Program-made: the position numbers and the translations under genes
Origin: Octopus vulgaris
Taxonomy: Eukaryota
Assembly (NCBI GenBank): GCA_951406725.2
Contig: OX597827.1
Coordinates: 26,350,001-26,414,000 of the forward strand
Direction: 5' to 3'
Length of the DNA stretch: 64,000 bases
The notes under the pieces: generated by a model
The model's input: only the letters and a program-made list of their open reading frames with translations
Databases searched by the model: none
What the model was told of the DNA's origin: nothing
Shown: positions 56,492 through 64,000 of the stretch, piece by piece
Position numbering within the stretch: the first letter of the stretch is position 1
How the letters are laid out: each line of letters opens with the position of its first letter

Positions 56492-57064
56492 CCTAAGTAT
56501 ATATGTATATGTGAGCATTTCCGTGTAAACTGTGCGATTGGCCTACATCTGGCAGTTATACTCCGCCTTTAACATCAAGCTGGTAATAGGTGCATCCTTT
56601 CAATTGCTTATTAAAATCTGCTTCATTATATCATCGCATCTGTAATGCATGCAAAACAATTCTGCGAAGAATTTCGGTTAACATTCCGCCTTCTTTCACG
56701 GCACAGTTACGTTAGATTTTAATGGGTTACAAGGCATAAAAATATTCATAGATCAAAATTTGCATATTGGTGAATACATTATTGTGCATGTCATATTATC
56801 AAAAGAGTTTTCGTCACGTTTGTATGTAATCGATATTGCACAGACATAATGCAATGCATTTATGAAAATTTTATTAAAATGTGTGCGTGTGTGTATATGT
56901 GTGTTTGTGTGTAAACATAGAAAGAGAGAGGGAGCGAGAGAGAGAGAGAGAAAGAGAAAGATTTAGATACATAGATTTACACCTAATTACGCATCTACAT
57001 ACATATACATATTCATACATATATATTTATGTGCATACGAGTATGTGCGTAGATGGATGTATGC

Positions 57065-57103
<39 letters not shown>

Positions 57104-57105
<2 letters not shown>

Positions 57106-57402
57106 AGCACTCTGTCGGTTACGACGATGAGGCTCCAAGCTGATACGGTCAATGGAACAAGCTTCCTCGTGAATTTAATGTGCAAGTTGCTGAGCACTCC
57201 ACAGGCACATGTATCCTTAACGTAGTTCTTAGGGAGATTCAGCGTGAGACAAAGTGTGACAAGGCTGGCCCTTTGAAATACAGGTACAACTCATGTTTGC
57301 CAGCTGAGTGTACTGGAGTAATGTGAAATAAAGTGCCGTGAATTGAACTCATGACCTTACGATCGTGAACAGAATGCCCTTTACCACTAAGCCACACGCC
57401 TT
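57104..57402 (-). mobile_element. SINE family C
   Basis: Collinear with 141-470. Confidence 0.85.
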
Positions 57403-57491
57403 CCTACAGACATACTCACATATATACGGATACACACACACGTGTTTGCCTGTGTGTGTGTGTAGTATGTATATATATATATATATATATA

Positions 57492-57830
57492 GTTAATCCA
57501 AACAAGAAAACACAAAAAACACAACAACACGAGGACGTGGAACAAATATAGTATTATTGGACGCTCAGGAAAGACGGAAAGAAGGACGTTTAAACGTTTG
57601 GAGCGGAGCCTTCGTCGGAAACATAGGAGAAGGAAAGATCCAGAGAAGGGAAGACAGAGGAAAAAATCGCCAACGATACTCACGAGGTCACATTATGAAA
57701 GACCGGAAGGAAATGGGTGAAGAAAGGTGCTTTCAAAGACAGGAGAGTGGTTCTATCAAAGACAGGAGAGTGGTTCTGTCAAAGACAGGAGAATGGTAGA
57801 GGAGGAGGAATGTGTGTTTAAGTGTGGATA
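57492..57830 (-). mobile_element. PLE-type end with degenerate hammerhead motif (57588-57622)
   Basis: Minus strand gttt-ccgacga-aggc-tcc-gctc-caaac-gtt-taaac; abuts (TA)n. Confidence 0.45.
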
Positions 57831-58249
57831 TGTGCGTGCGCGGTGGTCTGCGTGTGCGTGTGTGTGTATGTGTGTATGTGTGCAATGATGACACGCGTGT
57901 GTGTGTGCGTGTGTGTGTGTATGTGCGTGTCGTTGTGGCTGTTAAACAAAACGTGTTGTAGTGCTAGTAGTGTGAAGGTCGAGGAAGAAGAAAGGAGGAA
58001 GAAGGAGTGGTGCCTTTTGTCTCTACCACAGGTCAGTACTGCCAGTTTGAAGTATGTGTGTGTGTGCGTGTATGTATATGTATCGTGTGTGTGTTTTGTT
58101 TGTAGTGTGTGTGTGTGTGTTCGTGTGTGTATGCGTAGAGTTTGGGTGTGTGGCGAATAACTGTGCTTTACTTAGTGTATGTGTGCGGGTGTGCTTGTAC
58201 GTGCGTATGTGTGTGTATATATGTATGTATAATTGTGTGCCGTGTGTAT

Positions 58250-58291
<42 letters not shown>

Positions 58292-58489
58292 ATTAATGAG
58301 AGAAGACAAAAAGCGCCTGCCGATTCTTTGCTTCTCTAACACATTATTTCTTACACAAAAAACACACCGAGGTACTGAGCCTCTTACTTCCGTTTTTACA
58401 ATTATTGGACTTAATATTCCATTTACAAATTAAAACATTATTAGTTTTTACACAAAAAAACAGACCGAGGTATTGAACCTCTTATTCCG

Positions 58490-58750
58490 TGGTGAGGGAA
58501 GTATTGGCTCCTTCTCCATAACCGCAGGCACCTCGTTTCCTCCCGCAACCCTCTTATCCCTCGGAGAGCAACCATTGTTGCTCCCCTTCTTCCTTTTTCT
58601 CCCCTTTTTTTAGGAGAGGTCACTCTCTCCTCCTCCATCTCTCCTTCCGGAGGAGGAGGGGGTACTTTCACAACTAACTGCTCCAGGACCCTGCTCTGAT
58701 CCTTGGGATAGTTCTTCTTAATGTAGCCAGGCTCCAGGTACTGGTGAACG
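58490..58750 (-). pseudogene. LINE ORF1/gag-like fragment with decayed CCHC zinc knuckle
   Basis: HQYLEPGYIKKNYPK aligns to ..CxxxxHxxxxCP; each Y is one transition from C or H; followed by a Pro/Glu/Lys-rich linker. Confidence 0.5.
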
Positions 58751-58940
58751 TAGTTCTCAGGGAGATCTCGAAACATCTTTACGTATCGGGTAAATATATA
58801 AATAAATTTCGGGCGTCTGAACCAGTTGTAGAACCTTTGTTGTGTCTATAGAAGATTAGGGTTCGTTTTTCGAAAGCGGTGTGTCGACTTTTCTCTCCAA
58901 AGGTCTTTTCTTCTTATTTCATTATTTATATACTATTATC

Positions 58941-59150
58941 GGTGGCGAGCTGGCAGACACGTTAGCGCGCCGGGCGGAATGCTTAGCGGTATTTCGTCTG
59001 CCGCTACGTTCTGAGTTCAAATTCCGCCGAGGTCGACTTTGCCTTTCATCATTTCGGGGTCGATAAATAAAGTACTAGTAATCGACTTAATCCGTTTGTC
59101 TGTCCTTGTTTGTCCCCTCTATGTTTATCCCCATCTGGGCAATAAAGAAA
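58941..59150 (+). mobile_element. SINE family A
   Basis: Full head and core; tail ending aataaagaaa. Confidence 0.9.
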
Positions 59151-60623
59151 TATTATTAACAGCTTTATATGCTCCGAGAATATTCCAAAAAAGAATTATT
59201 TCACATGCTGTTGAAAGTTTATATATTCTAGAGTTGTCGGTAACTTGCAATGTTTTATAAATTAATAGATTCAACTTAGATTATAGATTTCAAATTTAAT
59301 TGAAACTTTAATTATTTGGGTGATGAATGTCATCTGTAAGTCTATTATTATCACTTGTAAACATTAACGTTTCGATTAACGAATGGCAATTTTATTGGAA
59401 AGAAAGACGAATTTGGAATGCATCAAAATCATCTTTCCGAAGATACTTGTAAAACGCTTTTGCAACAGATATATTTTAACAAAGACTGGTGTCGCTACAA
59501 GAAATTTGCTCATTAAATTCCATTTAATTAGTTAATTTATCGCAAGTATAAAATAATAATTGTTTCCATGTAATTTAATTTGTAAATGTGAAATTACATA
59601 ATTAATTTTAGAATTATTATTGAGCAAAATATTTATGTTAATATGTGTGTGAATTCGAAGTATTATACTTTCATTCTGCTATTGGTTTTTCATTCCACAG
59701 GTTCATTACTTTATGTCTCTCACTAATAGTAACATGTTTATAGGACTCTAAGTTGTTCCGGCAATCTATTTTATTATATTAAAGCTTTCGAAATGGAAAA
59801 CATTCGGGAGTTTGTAGAAATGCATTGCAATTTTTATAATGGAATTTCAGTGGCGATGGGGACTGGGGAGGGAATAAGCTTTAGTTAACTAGTTTCAATT
59901 TAGGATCAGTTTGTCAATAACAGACACGTTGGAAGACACAGCAGCACAGAAAGATAGATAGAACATGTTTCTTCATGTTGACAAACAAATCCACATCCTA
60001 AATACAAGATACAATGCGATTATAACTAGAATACTTTTTCTTTTAAATTGCACGGTTTCGTGTGAATGTATAAAATACTAAAAAAACGTAGAGCAAATTG
60101 AATCTACTTCCAGTACTGATGCGAAATGAATGGGTGTAGTGATTGAAACGGAACTTAAAAGTTCAACGCGTATGTTTTTATCATTGCCTAATGATTACAT
60201 CTCTGTACTGATCTTTTCCCCTTTATCCTCTCTTTTTATTGCATATAAGCTATGCTGATGTGTAGACTTATAGTTATATGTAATTGCTTTCTATTCGTGC
60301 TTTCGTAGCTTTTAAGAAAACGAATATACATACATTTATGCATGTATATATTTATCTCACTATCTGTATAAATGTTAATGTAGGTATTTTCCTAAACGCT
60401 ATACAAGCATCTGACAGTGTCAGCATATTAAATATGCGTAGATTTATTACAATACAAGGATCTATCTATATACATACCTATCTATATCTGCGCGCGCGTG
60501 TGTGTTTTGTGTGTGTATACATACATATAATATATAAATGCATATTTTATACAGAAATGTATGTATCTTGTGTGCACATATATATAATCTAAACATGCAT
60601 ATTTTATAACGAAATGTATGTAT

Positions 60624-60684
<61 letters not shown>

Positions 60685-61125
60685 ATGTATATAATATACA
60701 TTTATATACATATACTGTGTGTGCATAAATTCATATATATATATATATATACAGGGATGGATGGATGAATGTATTATTTTCTTAAAACATAATACATATT
60801 TTTGCATGTTATATCCACGTGTCTCTACTCATGTGTAAATATATATGTCTACGAGCATCTTCACATCCGCCTGTCTGTACATATGTATTTATGAATATCT
60901 GTCTGTGTATGTATGTAGGTGTGTGCACGTTTGTGAGTGTGTATGTATGTAGGTGTGTGCACGTTTGTGAGTGTGCTTGTATAGTATATATATATATATA
61001 TATATTGTGTAATAAATAAAATATATGCATACATACATATATGTACGTACCTACATCTACATGTATATATGCATATATAAATATATGTACGTGAGTACAG
61101 GACACCACAAATAGACGTATATTTG

Positions 61126-61179
<54 letters not shown>

Positions 61180-62453
61180 TGTGTGTGTGTGGATATATAT
61201 AAGTATAATTATATTTATTTTTTCTATATAAAATATACATATGCATATGGAGCAATATGTACCCATATATGTAATGGTTTTGTGCATTTTCGCGATTCAT
61301 TTTCGATGCATATCCCTTTGCATGTACAGGAGGTGTTTGTACATATAAGCATATATAAATACATGAGTGATTGTCTGTGTGTCGTGTATGTATGTGCATG
61401 TGCATGTATGCATATATGTGCATTTACATCTCACATTCCCTGCCTGCTCCTTCACATACCGGATTTTTATTGCCACTTTTTATTGCTCCTCTCTGTCTAC
61501 CGGCTCGTCTCTGATACGCGTTTGTTGTATTCATAAAATAATATCTTTTTGAATGCATATTGATATAGATATTTTCATGTGCATATATGCACGCATTAAT
61601 GTGCATTCATGTATACATGTGTGCGTCAGAAGTTCTCTATTTTTGTACGTGTATATATATTTAAATATATTTATTCATACTGACATTTGCATATATGAAT
61701 GAATTAGTAATTGTGTCTTTTTGCAGTGATGTAGCATTCGGAATTCAGTGTCTGCCTTGCGCGAAACCACACGTATCTTATTTCTCAAAAATTTCCTGAA
61801 AATGTGTTGACTTCAAGAAATTTGCAATCAATTTTTCTACAACTTAGAGTAACCCATGTTAGACCGAAACCACGCCAAATCTTTCTCCACCTTGCTTTGT
61901 AGCGTGTAAACTATCTTCTTCTTGTCTTATTTAGAAGGAATTTCTTAGAACTAATAAATATAAAGTTCATCATTAGCTGACATTCAAGGAAATTATTGAA
62001 TAGGAGCAGATCAACAGTGAACTACACCTGGACCCACCACGACATGCTGACTCTTATAAAACACAAACCAATAAGGTTACCTGGGATTATCTAGACATAC
62101 GAACACCTAAATGCATGCCAATTTCCTCAGTCATATATTTCTCAAGTTGTGGTATACGAAGCAAGTCATTTCCATCGACTTGAGCAATAATATATATATA
62201 CATATACGGCAAGAACAAAATGAAGGGGATCAGCTGTTATATATTATATTATGTCTAATTATTTATTTTAAATAATTATGAGAATATATATACATGTGTA
62301 AAGATTGAGGTTTAACATATAAAGTACCAGTAATTTCTAGAATAGAGAAAGAACAACAGTTTCTTACAGCTCTTTCTGCCAAGAGGTCTCAGTACTCCAC
62401 ATGTTATTTCCATCTTTTTAGTGTTGGATTCACAACCTCTAACTCTCTTTGAA

Positions 62454-62534
<81 letters not shown>

Positions 62535-63083
62535 ATGGTGGGATGTATATATGGCACCTTTCCGTAACTTCAATTCTTTTGCTATCACGTTGAGCATATT
62601 TGAGTGATGCAGAATACGCAATGAATAATAATGATGTGGCAAATTATAGGAAGCTCTGGTTTATCAGACACTCGATTTCATCCGTAAACAAATACTACTA
62701 AAGTCTTAATGTCAATTAAATACTCAGAGTGAAAAGACACAGAATGTTATCCTGTTATATACCACTGAAATTATTAAGTGTCCTTAGCAACCACCTTCCG
62801 GTAGTTGCTACCTAGTTTGAATCGCCATAGTCAAAACTGACGTGGAATTCATTACCTGTGTAAGTGTGACTGCGTAGGAGTGTGTATCCGAGTGTGCAGT
62901 TGTGTGCAGGAGAGAAAAGATGACGTAGAGTGTGGGTACATAGAAAAATACATCTATATCTATACACGAATATATATGTGTATGTAAATGGATATATACA
63001 TATGTTTGTGCGTGTATATATATATATATATATATAGTGCGTGTATATGTATGTGTATATACATAAATACATATATATACACA

Positions 63084-63132
<49 letters not shown>

Positions 63133-63521
63133 ATAATTATATATATAGATTAATGGATATATAGATAGAAAAATGGATAGTTACATATGTGTTTGTATGT
63201 GTCTGATGTATATATAACATCATAGTATGTCATTACGCGTGTGAAATAAATAGAGAAAGAAAGAGAGTAACGAAGAGAAAGAATGACTGAGACACGTGGA
63301 GCGAGAATCTCTTCATTGAAAAAAAAAGTATTGGATTTTGTTATCCAATATAATGATCTAAAATTGAAATATTGTTAATATCACAATCTGATAATAGAGC
63401 TAAACTTTCACACTAATGATCTGAAAATTTTAAATTTAACATTCAGCCAATCAGAAACAAGTTATATAATGATATCCACCTCCTCATCACTATTCTCTCT
63501 CTATATATATATATATACATA

Positions 63522-63606
<85 letters not shown>

Positions 63607-63618
63607 GTATATGTATAC

Positions 63619-63667
<49 letters not shown>

Positions 63668-63742
63668 ATGTATATATATACATATATATATATATATATG
63701 ATATTTTGGATTGCTTCTCATGACATCAGCAATATATTCATG

Positions 63743-63786
<44 letters not shown>

Positions 63787-64000
63787 CATGCATATACATA
63801 TACGCAATTGAATGTTTACATGTATTTGTGGGTTAGGGTTGTTAGTGTGTTTGTAGATACAAGCACATACATTCATACATACAAATATATATATATATTG
63901 CATATATACAAACGTATATTTAAGATTGTACGTGTCTATGCGTCTGTATGTATGTCTGTGCCTGTGCAAGACTCATGTGCTCAGAGGTATATATGTCTAC

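Noticed and set aside
62786-62816. Helitron 3' end (hairpin plus CTAG)
   Set aside because: The hairpin is too close to CTAG and no 5' TC end or second copy is evident.

Overview
Repeat-saturated, AT-rich eukaryotic DNA, intergenic or deep intronic. The SINE families and microsatellite density point to a cephalopod (Octopus-type) genome; this is an inference. No host protein-coding exon, rRNA, true tRNA or CRISPR array is supportable, and almost all ORF-track entries are microsatellite translations. The window holds four tRNA-derived SINE families, a CR1-type LINE, a Tx1/L1 LINE 3' end inside a (CTAT)n tract, a nest of Dong/R4-type RLE retrotransposons in (TAA)n tracts, and two mariner remnants. 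It also holds many Penelope-like (PLE) short elements in (TA)n tracts that carry minimal hammerhead-ribozyme (HHR) motifs. Main candidate novelty: a very young element at 24162-24831 built from a circularly permuted ~360-nt unit in head-to-head orientation, with an intact minimal type-I HHR bearing the U3-A8 covariant core and a second HHR-like motif. Also notable: the 3' tail shared by the commonest SINE and the Tx1 LINE, and recurrent fold-back palindromes centred on (TA)n. Coordinates were read by eye and boundaries are approximate unless stated.
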